Shown in pieces: positions 40,135 through 49,085 of a stretch of 49,534 nucleotides of DNA. The notes under the pieces are model-generated. The model was not told the DNA's origin and did not search any database. It worked only from the letters and a program-made list of their open reading frames with translations. Position numbers and translations under genes: made by a program. Position 1 is the stretch's first letter. Every line of letters begins with the position of its first letter. This stretch comes from Ruminococcus bicirculans (ex Wegman et al. 2014) (GTDB lineage Bacteria > Bacteroidota > Bacteroidia > Bacteroidales > UBA932), in assembly GCA_963631065.1 (NCBI GenBank), contig CAVGPE010000052.1, forward strand, positions 1 through 49,534, read 5' to 3'.

Positions 40135-40350
40135 GAGGACGCATACGCCAGAAGGGTGGCGATGGAAGAAGGCGAGGCTAAAGGCAGAGAAGAAGGCAGA
40201 GAAGAAGGCAGAGAGGAAGGTCGGGAGGAAGGTCGGGAGGAAGAAAGAACTTCCCTCGTCTCCAAATTGCTTAAGTCCGGCCTGAGTGCCGAGACTATAG
40301 CCTCAGCCACCGGACTGTCAGTGGAGACAGTGCTGGGGTGTCGCGGCTGA
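40131..40350 (+). repeat. 220-bp perfect inverted copy of the Rpn gene 3' end (45361-45580)
   Basis: Identical base for base by manual comparison. The match ends at the TGA stop codon. Confidence 0.95.
40162..40350 (+). CDS. Putative stand-alone Rpn C-terminal small protein (62 aa, RpnS-like antitoxin candidate)
   Basis: MEEGEAKG(REEG)4REEERTSLVSKLLKSGLSAETIASATGLSVETVLGCRG, with a TATCTTCG -7-like box at 40125-40132. Expression is unproven. Confidence 0.45.
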   Translation: MEEGEAKGREEGREEGREEGREEGREEERTSLVSKLLKSGLSAETIASATGLSVETVLGCRG

Positions 40351-40361
40351 AGGCTTCCTTA

Positions 40362-42110
40362 CTATTTCACCTCAATCCTGTTCTCCATCCTTGCAAGCAT
40401 CTGGGGAGCTGTCAAATCCTTGAGAAATCCAAGCCGGGCGGCTATGCCGTCAGCACCGCTGCCCCCTATCTTGGAGAGGATTTTCTCCATCTGGCTCTGA
40501 GGGGCGGGATAGCCGCAGATGTTCCATCCGGAGAGCGCCGGATCTCCGGCAAGAGCGGCGGCATACTGCACCGCATCCTCAAGCGTCCCGATTTCGTCCA
40601 CGAGATGGACCGTGAGGGCGTCAGCCCCCGTCCACACGCGGCCCTGCGCGATGGAATCCACTGTCGTCTCAGGCAGCGACCTGTTCTCGGCGACTATGGA
40701 GACGAATTTGCCGTAGATGGTCTCGATGGACCTGGTCATATAGTTGTACTCGCTCTGGTCGAAAGGTCGCGTCAGACTGAACATGTCACCGTGCCTGTGG
40801 GAACTTACGCTCTCCACCCCTATATGAAGCACGTCTTTCGCGGTCTTCGAGAAGTCCGGGACCAGGCCGAACACCCCGATCGAGCCGGTGAGGGTCGTCG
40901 CATCGGAGAATATCTTCTCGCATCCGTTGGAAATCCAGTATCCTCCGGATGCCGCATAGCCGCCGTATGAGGCCACTACCGGTTTGGTCTCCTTGAGATT
41001 GTCCAGCTCGGTCTTTATCTTCTCTGAAGCAAGCACGCTTCCTCCCGGAGAATTGACGCGCAGCACGACGGCCTTGACCGTGGAGTCGGCGCACACCTTG
41101 GAGATGAGCGAGGCGAACCTGTCCCCTGCCACTCCGGATTTGCCGCCGCCGTCGACAATCTCTCCGTCGGCGTAGATGACGGCAATCTTCCGCTTCGCCT
41201 TGGAAGGCGCGGACTTCACAGCCACATAGTCCTCGAACGGAATCAGGCTGACATCTTTGAAACTGTCCTTGACGGCCAGCACCGCCAGTTTGTCCTCCAG
41301 CTCGGAACGGGTCAGGAGTTCATCGACGAGCCCGCATTCCACGAAATCCTGCGGCAAATTGAGCTTGAGGCCGTTGATGGCGCCGTCCAGCTCCGCCGCC
41401 GTGATGTCGCGGCTTCCGGTTATGCTCTCCGACATACTCTCCCAGATGGAGTCCACCAGCCTCTGGTTCTGCTCCCGGTTCTCTTCACTGGAATTCGCGC
41501 GGGTGAACATCTCCCCCGCAGACTTGTATTTCCCGTGGCGAATGAGCTGCACATTGACTCCCAGCCGCTTGAGTATGTCGCCGAGGAACACCGACTGGCT
41601 GGACACTCCCGTCAGCATATAGGTACCTCCGATATGGGAGGTCATATAGATCTTGTCGGAGACGGAGGCGAGGTAGTACGATCCGGTGGTCGGAGCTTCG
41701 ATATATGACACTATCGGCTTGCCGCTGCGCTCACGGAAGAGGGAGAGGGACTTGCGCAGCTCCTCCAGCGACGCGACATCGCCGCCCACCCCGTCCGTCT
41801 TCAGATATATATACTGTACCGCAGGGTCTGCCGCGGCGGCATTGATGGCCTGCACCGCATCCCACAGCCCTATTATGTTCACATCGCTGCCCCCGGTGAC
41901 TGAAGCCAGAGGATTCGCCCCCTCGCTCCGCTCGCCTATCGCGAAGCGTGACATATCCATCACGAGAACTCCGGATTTGGGAATCGCGGGCGTGCCGCTG
42001 CCGGCTGCGACAAGTGCGCCGAGCATCCCGAATCCGAGTATGAAAACGATTACACCCACAACTATCAGACCGCAGACCACGGCCAGAGTCATCTTGACAA
42101 AATCTTTCAT
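40362..42110 (-). CDS. sppA: Signal peptide peptidase A (protease IV), 67K type
   Basis: YYLASVSD, GKYKSAGE, LRVNSPGGS, AASGGYWI, TGSIGV, QGRVWTG. Confidence 0.95.
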   Translation of the reverse strand: MKDFVKMTLAVVCGLIVVGVIVFILGFGMLGALVAAGSGTPAIPKSGVLVMDMSRFAIGERSEGANPLASVTGGSDVNIIGLWDAVQAINAAAADPAVQYIYLKTDGVGGDVASLEELRKSLSLFRERSGKPIVSYIEAPTTGSYYLASVSDKIYMTSHIGGTYMLTGVSSQSVFLGDILKRLGVNVQLIRHGKYKSAGEMFTRANSSEENREQNQRLVDSIWESMSESITGSRDITAAELDGAINGLKLNLPQDFVECGLVDELLTRSELEDKLAVLAVKDSFKDVSLIPFEDYVAVKSAPSKAKRKIAVIYADGEIVDGGGKSGVAGDRFASLISKVCADSTVKAVVLRVNSPGGSVLASEKIKTELDNLKETKPVVASYGGYAASGGYWISNGCEKIFSDATTLTGSIGVFGLVPDFSKTAKDVLHIGVESVSSHRHGDMFSLTRPFDQSEYNYMTRSIETIYGKFVSIVAENRSLPETTVDSIAQGRVWTGADALTVHLVDEIGTLEDAVQYAAALAGDPALSGWNICGYPAPQSQMEKILSKIGGSGADGIAARLGFLKDLTAPQMLARMENRIEVK

Positions 42111-42123
42111 CTGCTATAACTCA

Positions 42124-42171
42124 AATAAAATTTGTTGTAAAATAAGCATTGTGCAGGTACTTGCGAAGCTT
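42124..42171. repeat. 48-bp copy of part of the rimP-nusA intergenic element
   Basis: AATAAAATTTrTTGTAAAATAAGCATTGTGCAGGTACTTGCrAArCTT, 45/48 identical to 26224-26271. Confidence 0.9.
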
Positions 42172-42228
42172 AAATGATATAAATTGTGTAATTTTTACCA
42201 AAAGTAGTAAATTCGCGAGATAAAACAA

Positions 42229-43593
42229 ATGTCAATGGCACAGAAACCGTCAATCCCGAGGGGAACCAGGGACTTCGGCCAGAGCGAGATGGCCGGCAGA
42301 AACCACATCTTCGATACCGTACGCTCGGTATTCCGCACTTACGGATATTCTCAGATTGAGACTCCGGCTATGGAGAATCTCTCGACTCTGCTCGGAAAAT
42401 ACGGCGAGGAGGGGGACAAGCTGCTGTTCAGGATACTCAATTCCGGAGATGCCTTCGCGGATGTGGATCCGTCCAGACCGCTTGCTCCGCAGGTGTGCGA
42501 GAAGGGATTGCGCTACGACCTTACGGTGCCTTTCGCCCGCTATGTGGTGCAGCACCGCGACGAGCTGTCATTCCCGTTCAAGCGTTTCCAGATTCAGCCT
42601 GTATGGAGGGCCGACCGTCCGCAGAAGGGGCGTTACCGCGAATTCTATCAGTGCGACGTAGACGCGATAGGCAGCCGCAGCCAGCTCTGCGAACTCGAAC
42701 TTGTGCAGATAGTGGACGAAGTGTTCAGAAGGCTGGGAATCAATGTGCTGATAAAGATCAACAACCGCAAGGTCCTCACCGGACTCGCCGAAATATGCGG
42801 ATTTCCGGACAAGGTGGTCGATATCACCGTGGCGATAGACAAGCTCGACAAGACAGGTCTTGACGCGGTGCGGGACGAGATGCGCGGCAAGGGCCTGAGC
42901 GACGAGGCGATATCCCTGCTTGAACCGGTCCTTTCCCTCAGCGGGACGACGGAGGAGAAAATCGGGAAGATGCGCGGGATTATGGCCGCCTCGGAGACCG
43001 GGATGAAGGGTCTGGAGGAGCTGGAGGAGCTGTTCGGCTTTATAGGTGCCGCCGGCATCAGCGCCCCTGTGGAGCTCGATCTCTCGCTTGCGAGGGGACT
43101 CAACTACTATACCGGAGCCATCTTCGAAGTCAAGGCCTTGGACTGGCAGATAGGAAGCATCTGCGGCGGCGGGCGCTACGACAACCTCACCGGCATTTTC
43201 GGCCTTCCGGATATGTCCGGAGTGGGCATAAGTTTCGGTGCGGACCGGATTTATGACGTGCTCTGCGGACTTGACAAGTTCCCGGAAGGCCTCAGGAGCA
43301 GTACAACCCTTCTGTTTGCCAATATGGGGATTGATGAGGTCGGATATATATTCCCTGTGGCATCAGCCCTGCGCGCGGAGGGTATTGCGGTGGAGATTTA
43401 TCCCGATTCCTCCAAGCTCAAGAAGCAGTTCGACTATGCCGGGCGCAAATTCATCCCGTTCATCTCCATCACCGGAGCTTCGGAGGCCGAAGCCGCCGTC
43501 GTGAACATCAAGAACCTCGCTTCCGGAGAGCAGAAGAGCTTCGGGAAGGATGATGTGGCAGGGATGAAGGCCTTTCTGCTGGCGCGGCCCTGA
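42229..43593 (+). CDS. hisS: Histidine-tRNA ligase
   Basis: [44 protein letters not shown]. Confidence 0.97.
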   Translation: MSMAQKPSIPRGTRDFGQSEMAGRNHIFDTVRSVFRTYGYSQIETPAMENLSTLLGKYGEEGDKLLFRILNSGDAFADVDPSRPLAPQVCEKGLRYDLTVPFARYVVQHRDELSFPFKRFQIQPVWRADRPQKGRYREFYQCDVDAIGSRSQLCELELVQIVDEVFRRLGINVLIKINNRKVLTGLAEICGFPDKVVDITVAIDKLDKTGLDAVRDEMRGKGLSDEAISLLEPVLSLSGTTEEKIGKMRGIMAASETGMKGLEELEELFGFIGAAGISAPVELDLSLARGLNYYTGAIFEVKALDWQIGSICGGGRYDNLTGIFGLPDMSGVGISFGADRIYDVLCGLDKFPEGLRSSTTLLFANMGIDEVGYIFPVASALRAEGIAVEIYPDSSKLKKQFDYAGRKFIPFISITGASEAEAAVVNIKNLASGEQKSFGKDDVAGMKAFLLARP

Positions 43594-43599
43594 GGGGGC

Positions 43600-44622
43600 T
43601 TACAACAGCAGCATCACGGCGAATACATACAGCAGAAAAGCCTGAAGCCTGAGCTTCGGAGCATTGTTTTCCGCTATCAGCGACTCTGTAGGGTCGGTTC
43701 CGGCAAGGACTTCGAGCTTGTCTTTTTTCGGCGTACGGTTGACGGACCACTTCGCGATTATCTGCCCGTCGGCTATGAAACTGACTCCGCCGTTGGAGCG
43801 GTTGAGGGTCAGGAGGGTCTTGCGGTCGGCGAAGTAGGTGTATTGCAGTATTTCCTGTCCGGCGTATTCCGCAATCTCGTCGGGGTAGGATGCCGCCAGC
43901 ACCAGCGGGGTGAATCCTGCGGCGGCGGCCTGCTCCATCAGACCTGCGATCTTCTGCCACTTGCGTCCGGAGAGCCGTTCCGGATTATAGACGGACGATA
44001 TCAGCACCCTGCTGTCAAATGCGAGCGAATCGGCGTATTCGCCTCCGGCGTCGCTGAACGAGAGTTCCGCAGGGTCGAGTTCCGCTCCGGGCCGGTAATC
44101 GGTGAAGTCAATCACGGGGACTGACAGGACGGAATATAGAAAGAAGAGACACACCGAGACGCCGGCGATCGAGAAACTGACATATTTCACCTTGCGAGTC
44201 GGCTCCTGAACGCCGGGAGGCACGAACGCCACGGCCCACAGCACCAGCAGCACCAGATTCTTGACGAAGCTCTGCAGATGTGTGAGGTGAATCGCCTCCC
44301 CGAAGCAGCCGCAATCCATAGATGGATTGAATATCAGAGTGATGGCCGTGAGGACGGTGAAGAATCCGAGGATGGCGAGTGTCACCGCGGCGCACACCTG
44401 CCTCCACACGCCGGTAATCAGCGCGGCTCCGAGCAGAGTCTCGATGAGAGCCCCGGCCCCGCCGACAAAGCCCGACAGCGGGCGCAGAAAGCCCAGATGC
44501 AGGAACTTGAAATACTCCTCCACGACCAGACCCGCCCCGACCGGATCCATAAGCTTGAACAGCCCCGCGAAAAAGAACACGAACCCTATGACTACGGCGC
44601 TAATTCTCTTTATTATTCTCAT
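43600..44622 (-). CDS. DoxX/MauE-family membrane protein with C-terminal thioredoxin-like region
   Basis: FAGLFKLMDP, DCGCFGEAI, SFVKN, RSNGG. Start at MRIIKR, overlapping the end of tmk. Confidence 0.8.
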   Translation of the reverse strand: MRIIKRISAVVIGFVFFFAGLFKLMDPVGAGLVVEEYFKFLHLGFLRPLSGFVGGAGALIETLLGAALITGVWRQVCAAVTLAILGFFTVLTAITLIFNPSMDCGCFGEAIHLTHLQSFVKNLVLLVLWAVAFVPPGVQEPTRKVKYVSFSIAGVSVCLFFLYSVLSVPVIDFTDYRPGAELDPAELSFSDAGGEYADSLAFDSRVLISSVYNPERLSGRKWQKIAGLMEQAAAAGFTPLVLAASYPDEIAEYAGQEILQYTYFADRKTLLTLNRSNGGVSFIADGQIIAKWSVNRTPKKDKLEVLAGTDPTESLIAENNAPKLRLQAFLLYVFAVMLLL

Positions 44623-45283
44623 ATATCGACCGTATCTTTTCGAAAATGGCCTCCGGAGGGAGCATGACTCCACGCTCGTCAGCGCAGTTCACCGTGATGA
44701 AACTCGGGTCTTCCGCAGCTTGCCTGCGGTACATATCCCGCACCCGCTCCTGAAATGCGATATCCGCCTCGTGGATGTCGCCGCCGCCGTGCAGATACTC
44801 CCTGTCCCCTCCGCCGCGATGCGCCGAGAGGCTCTTCTCCACAAAGCCGAGAGGCACGTCGAGGAAGATGTTGAGGTCGGGACGGGGCAGGTTGAAGTCT
44901 CCGTATTCGGTGTTGAAGATCCACTTCCTCAGCTCCTCGGCCCCGGCATCGGAGGACATTTTGGCGCACTGGTAGGCTATGTTGGAATATACATACCTGT
45001 CCAGCAGTACCGTAGCCCCCTCCTCAAGCGCCCGGCGTATCTGAGGTGCCGCCCCGTGGCGGTCCTCCGCGAAGAGCAGCGCCACAAGCTGCGGGTGTAC
45101 GATGCCGATGCTGCCGAAATCCCCTCTGAGGAAACGGCTTATCAGTTCCCCGTACACGGGAGCGCCGTAACGCGGGAAATGGATGTATTCGACTCGCGGA
45201 CATACGCTCTCAAGATGCTCCTTGAGCATCTTTACCTGAGTGGATTTCCCCGCTCCGTCCAGTCCTTCAAGTACTATCAGCAT
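44600..45283 (-). CDS. tmk: Thymidylate kinase
   Basis: EGLDGAGKST, FPRY, LDRYVYSNIAYQ, PDLNIFLDV. Confidence 0.92.
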   Translation of the reverse strand: MLIVLEGLDGAGKSTQVKMLKEHLESVCPRVEYIHFPRYGAPVYGELISRFLRGDFGSIGIVHPQLVALLFAEDRHGAAPQIRRALEEGATVLLDRYVYSNIAYQCAKMSSDAGAEELRKWIFNTEYGDFNLPRPDLNIFLDVPLGFVEKSLSAHRGGGDREYLHGGGDIHEADIAFQERVRDMYRRQAAEDPSFITVNCADERGVMLPPEAIFEKIRSIYENNKEN

Positions 45284-45360
45284 ATACTTTTAAAGCTTTC
45301 CAGGATTCCGGTTTGTGGCGGCTTTCCGTTCTTCAGTAGTGCGCCTCAACGCCTGGCCTC

Positions 45361-46302
45361 TCAGCCGCGACACCCCAGCACTGTCTCCACTGACAGTCCG
45401 GTGGCTGAGGCTATAGTCTCGGCACTCAGGCCGGACTTAAGCAATTTGGAGACGAGGGAAGTTCTTTCTTCCTCCCGACCTTCCTCCCGACCTTCCTCTC
45501 TGCCTTCTTCTCTGCCTTCTTCTCTGCCTTTAGCCTCGCCTTCTTCCATCGCCACCCTTCTGGCGTATGCGTCCTCGGCGCGTTTATCGAGTTCCCGTAT
45601 CATATCCTGTTCGAAAATCATTTTCTTTCTTCTGTCGAAGCCGGCCACCTCGCACGCGCGGAGCAACTCTCCCGAGAACCCTGACCTGTGTTCCTCCGCC
45701 AGATGCTCCAGCACGCTGCCCTGTCTGAATATGTGGAAGAGCCAGTCCCGGTCAGAAACGCACTCCGCCTCCGTCTTAGTGAAGCGCCTCAACTCGGCAA
45801 AGATACAAGAAATTGTCGGAGGCGCAAGTTCTCCGGTCCGTTTTTCAGTCATCTGGTATTCGGACACGATATGCTCCGTGTCCCAGAGTGATTCGTCCGC
45901 GTGTCCGAGATTGTAGTCGAGGATGCCGACCACATACACCGGGCGCAGCTGCGTATAGAGTCCGCCCCTGAGCAGCCTCTGCCTATAGAGTCCGCTGCCG
46001 TAGTAGACGCACCTCTCGAAGAACGCTTCCTTCTCCCGGCGCTGCATCTCGACGATGAAGCGCCTTCCGTCATCCGTGCGGCAGAGCACGTCAAGTTCCG
46101 ACCCCTTGCCTCCACGGAAGTCCGGAAGCCGCTCACGGTCAAGGTACTCTTCGATTTCGGCAATCGCGTCGCTCTCCGGGAGCAGGAGGTTGAGCATCTT
46201 GCGGAGGAGTTCCCGGTTGTTGCGGTCAGCGAATACCGCAGTGAAACCCGCATCGAGTTTGAGATCCACATAGCGCGGGAGTGAGAATTGAGAGTTTTCC
46301 AT
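45361..46302 (-). CDS. Rpn family recombination-promoting nuclease / PD-(D/E)XK nuclease (PDDEXK_2)
   Basis: LDAGFTAVF, LDVLCRT...FIVEMQ, ERCVYY, IFAELRRF, and (REEG)n followed by an HTH-like IASATGLS tail. Confidence 0.9.
   Translation of the reverse strand: MENSQFSLPRYVDLKLDAGFTAVFADRNNRELLRKMLNLLLPESDAIAEIEEYLDRERLPDFRGGKGSELDVLCRTDDGRRFIVEMQRREKEAFFERCVYYGSGLYRQRLLRGGLYTQLRPVYVVGILDYNLGHADESLWDTEHIVSEYQMTEKRTGELAPPTISCIFAELRRFTKTEAECVSDRDWLFHIFRQGSVLEHLAEEHRSGFSGELLRACEVAGFDRRKKMIFEQDMIRELDKRAEDAYARRVAMEEGEAKGREEGREEGREEGREEGREEERTSLVSKLLKSGLSAETIASATGLSVETVLGCRG
45798..45828 (-). promoter_or_regulatory. Candidate intragenic promoter in the Rpn gene
   Basis: Minus strand CTTG-N19-TATCTTTG(C), upstream of internal ATGs at 45621, 45603 and 45549. 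Confidence 0.45.
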
Positions 46303-46485
46303 AATCTGAAGTCTTTAAGTTCATCATCCGTCCCCGGCCCTTCCGGAGACTGCCCGCGAACATAGCGAGTCTTTTCCGGCAATCCTATAGGGCGGACATA
46401 AGAAACATAAAAGAACAGTGCAAAACAGAAAATACTTTCATAAAATCTTATCTTTGTCTCCACTGACAGTCAAAAACACTTTGAG

Positions 46486-47619
46486 ATGGCGAACAAGAAT
46501 GGTAACCTGGGCTCGGCCAAGGTCAACAAGAACGACGAATTCTATACCCAATATCCGGACATACAGAAAGAAGTCAATGCCTATATTGAGTACGACAAGG
46601 ATACATTCAGGGGCAAGACCGTCCTGCTTCCCTGCGATGACCCTGAATGGAGCAACTTTACCAAGTTCTTCGCCCAAAACTTCGAGCGCTACGGGTTGAA
46701 GAAACTCATATCGACGAGTTATGCCCGCAACAGCAAGAAAGCCCGCTACGGCATCGTCTCCGAGCCGTCCCTATTCGAACAGGAGTCTGACATCTACGAC
46801 GAAGACAAATCGAGGGACAACGGCAGAATCTTCGTTCTTGAGAAGAAAGACATCAGCGAAGACGGGCGGGTGGACTATGAAGACCTCATCTGGGATTATC
46901 TCGAAGGAGACGGTGATTTCCGCTCTGATGAAGTCAAGAAGTTGAGGGACGAGGCTGACATCATCGTCACTAACCCTCCGTTCAGTATGTTCAGGGAGTT
47001 TCTGGCCTGGATACTTGAAGCCGGCAAGAAATTTTTGGTTATCGGGAATATGAACGCGATAACTTACAAGGAGGTATTCCCTTTGATAAAGGACAACGGG
47101 GTCTGGCTGGGTGCAACCGGATTCACTACAGATATGGTTTTCGCTGTGCCGGAGGGGGCGGATGTCGCTGAAAGCGACAGGGCCAAAGCCGCTAAGATGG
47201 GTTATGTCGGCAACTATACCAGACTGGGCAATTCCTGCTGGTTCACCAACATAGACCACGGCAGACGCCATCAGCCGCTGTCCCTGATGACTATGGCGGA
47301 CAATCTCAAGTTCAGCCGGCATAAGGATATAAGGGGCAAGGAGGCTTATGACCGCTATGACAACTACGATGCGATTGAAGTCCCCTACACGGACGCGATT
47401 CCGAGTGACTATACTGAATGCCTCGGTGTTCCGATTTCATTTCTGGACAAATACTGCCCCTTTCAATACCAAATTATCGGGGCGACGGAGAGCGAGGGAC
47501 GGGGATTCTCGGCCGGACTGTGGAATCCTGAAAGCGGCATACATCAGGCGACAATCAATGGGAATAAGATTTATAAGCGGTTATTTATCAAGAAGTTAAC
47601 GGAAGAGAGAGAGCTATAG
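46486..47619 (+). CDS. Adenine-specific DNA methyltransferase, EcoRI family
   Basis: KNDEFYT, LPCDDP.SNF, GDGDFRS, catalytic [35 protein letters not shown]. Confidence 0.9.
   Translation: MANKNGNLGSAKVNKNDEFYTQYPDIQKEVNAYIEYDKDTFRGKTVLLPCDDPEWSNFTKFFAQNFERYGLKKLISTSYARNSKKARYGIVSEPSLFEQESDIYDEDKSRDNGRIFVLEKKDISEDGRVDYEDLIWDYLEGDGDFRSDEVKKLRDEADIIVTNPPFSMFREFLAWILEAGKKFLVIGNMNAITYKEVFPLIKDNGVWLGATGFTTDMVFAVPEGADVAESDRAKAAKMGYVGNYTRLGNSCWFTNIDHGRRHQPLSLMTMADNLKFSRHKDIRGKEAYDRYDNYDAIEVPYTDAIPSDYTECLGVPISFLDKYCPFQYQIIGATESEGRGFSAGLWNPESGIHQATINGNKIYKRLFIKKLTEEREL
47604..47613 (+). repeat. (AG)5 dinucleotide tract just before the MTase stop codon
   Basis: gaAGAGAGAGAGcta tag. Confidence 0.7.
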
Positions 47620-47638
47620 AAGCATAATTGAAGCGATT

Positions 47639-47905
47639 GTGGCTATGGGTATCGCAAGGGAGGAAATAACATATTATTCCGGCGTTATGGGCGTTCCTAT
47701 TTCGTTCCTTGACAAATATTGTCCGGAACAGTTTGAGATTATTGGAAGCTTTAATAATAGCCATTTACAAGAAAAAGGGAAAGATGGATATGTTCTTAGC
47801 AATGATACCGAAACTCTTATTAATGGGAAAGTCGGCATTTGGAATGGCCCGGTGGTGAATAGGCAACCTTTATACAAGAGAATATGCATTCGTAAAATAA
47901 AGTGA
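47639..47905 (+). CDS. Extra C-terminal module of the EcoRI-family MTase (alternative variable-region cassette)
   Basis: [24 protein letters not shown]...LYKRICIRK is paralogous to the MTase C-terminus, with a different central segment. AT-rich. Start uncertain. Confidence 0.7.
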   Translation: MAMGIAREEITYYSGVMGVPISFLDKYCPEQFEIIGSFNNSHLQEKGKDGYVLSNDTETLINGKVGIWNGPVVNRQPLYKRICIRKIK

Positions 47906-47907
47906 TT

Positions 47908-49074
47908 ATGAGAACAAAACTGCATACGGACTGGACGGTGGCGGACATCTGCAAGGGCTTCGTTTACAATGAGTACGAGGGCAAGGGTCTGTTCGGCCTT
48001 GACGGTCATCTGGTCATCCAGCCGGAGTACCAGAGAAATTACATATATGCCGATGGAAAAAAAGATGTGGCGGTAATCCAGTCCGTCCTGAGCGGCTATC
48101 CTTTGGGGTTGATATATTTCAACACTGTAGGCGAATTCGAATATGAGGTGCTGGACGGGCAGCAGCGTATTACTTCGCTTGGAAGGTTTCTTAATGACCG
48201 GTTCGCGATAAAATTTGGAGAGAGCGATATCCCCCAGTATTTCTCAAGCCTTCCTAAAGACAAACAGGAACTCATCCTGAATACAAAACTGCTGATATAC
48301 GAGTGCGAGGGAGTGGAGAGTGAAATCAAAGATTGGTTCAGAACCATCAATATCGCCGGTGTTCCGCTCAACGAGCAGGAACTGCTTAACGCCATTTATT
48401 CGGGTCCGTTCGTCACTCTCTGCAAGGCGGAATACAGCAACAGCAACAACTCCAACCTTCAGAAATGGAGCGCTTATATCAGTGGTGACTGTAAGAGGCA
48501 GGACTATCTTGCTACAGCGCTGGAATGGGTCAGTAGAGGTAAGGTGCAGGACTATATGAGCAGACACCGCTATGATGACGGGATCAATGAGGTGAAGACC
48601 TATTTCAGCTCCGTCATCGAGTGGATTTCCAAAGTATTCAGGGATGTGGAGAGCGAGATGAAGGGGCTGCCTTGGGGCGAGTATTACGAGACCTATCACA
48701 CCAGACCTTATTCAGCGGAATATGTCTCTCGGAGAGTGCGTGAACTCTATGCCGATCCATATGTAAAGAATCGCAAAGGTGTCTTTGAGTTTATCCTCGG
48801 AGGCGAGACAGAAACCAAACTTCTTGATGTAAGAATTTTTGATGAGGCCACCAAAAGAGCCGTGTATGAACGACAAACCGCAGAAGCAAAAAGAAGAGAA
48901 GAATCAAACTGTCCGCTCTGCGCTATGGGCAATGATGCCAACCGCACCAGAATATATAAGCTGTCCGAAATGGATGCCGACCATATAACTGCCTGGTCTC
49001 ACAACGGGGCGACCGACATCGCCAACTGCCAGATGCTCTGCAAGACCCACAACAAGGCGAAAGGCAACAGATAG
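47908..49074 (+). CDS. DUF262 (ParB/GmrS-like) plus HNH endonuclease, putative restriction partner
   Basis: [16 protein letters not shown], and C-terminal CPLC...DADHI.AWS.GG.T...NCQMLC..HN..KGN. Confidence 0.88.
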   Translation: MRTKLHTDWTVADICKGFVYNEYEGKGLFGLDGHLVIQPEYQRNYIYADGKKDVAVIQSVLSGYPLGLIYFNTVGEFEYEVLDGQQRITSLGRFLNDRFAIKFGESDIPQYFSSLPKDKQELILNTKLLIYECEGVESEIKDWFRTINIAGVPLNEQELLNAIYSGPFVTLCKAEYSNSNNSNLQKWSAYISGDCKRQDYLATALEWVSRGKVQDYMSRHRYDDGINEVKTYFSSVIEWISKVFRDVESEMKGLPWGEYYETYHTRPYSAEYVSRRVRELYADPYVKNRKGVFEFILGGETETKLLDVRIFDEATKRAVYERQTAEAKRREESNCPLCAMGNDANRTRIYKLSEMDADHITAWSHNGATDIANCQMLCKTHNKAKGNR

Positions 49075-49085
49075 CGGTCCGTTTT

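Noticed and set aside
40183..40245. 12-bp tandem repeats (also at about 45466-45528) as a possible CRISPR or VNTR
   Set aside because: They have no spacers and simply encode the REEG repeats typical of Rpn C-termini.
39715..40350. 211-aa ORF ending in the Rpn tail
   Set aside because: Its first ~125 codons are antisense to folP. Only the 3' part (40131-40350) is meaningful, and it is reported separately.
45361..46302. Rpn gene as an IS transposase with terminal inverted repeats
   Set aside because: No terminal inverted repeats or target duplication were found around the gene. The family is often labelled transposase but is not shown to transpose.
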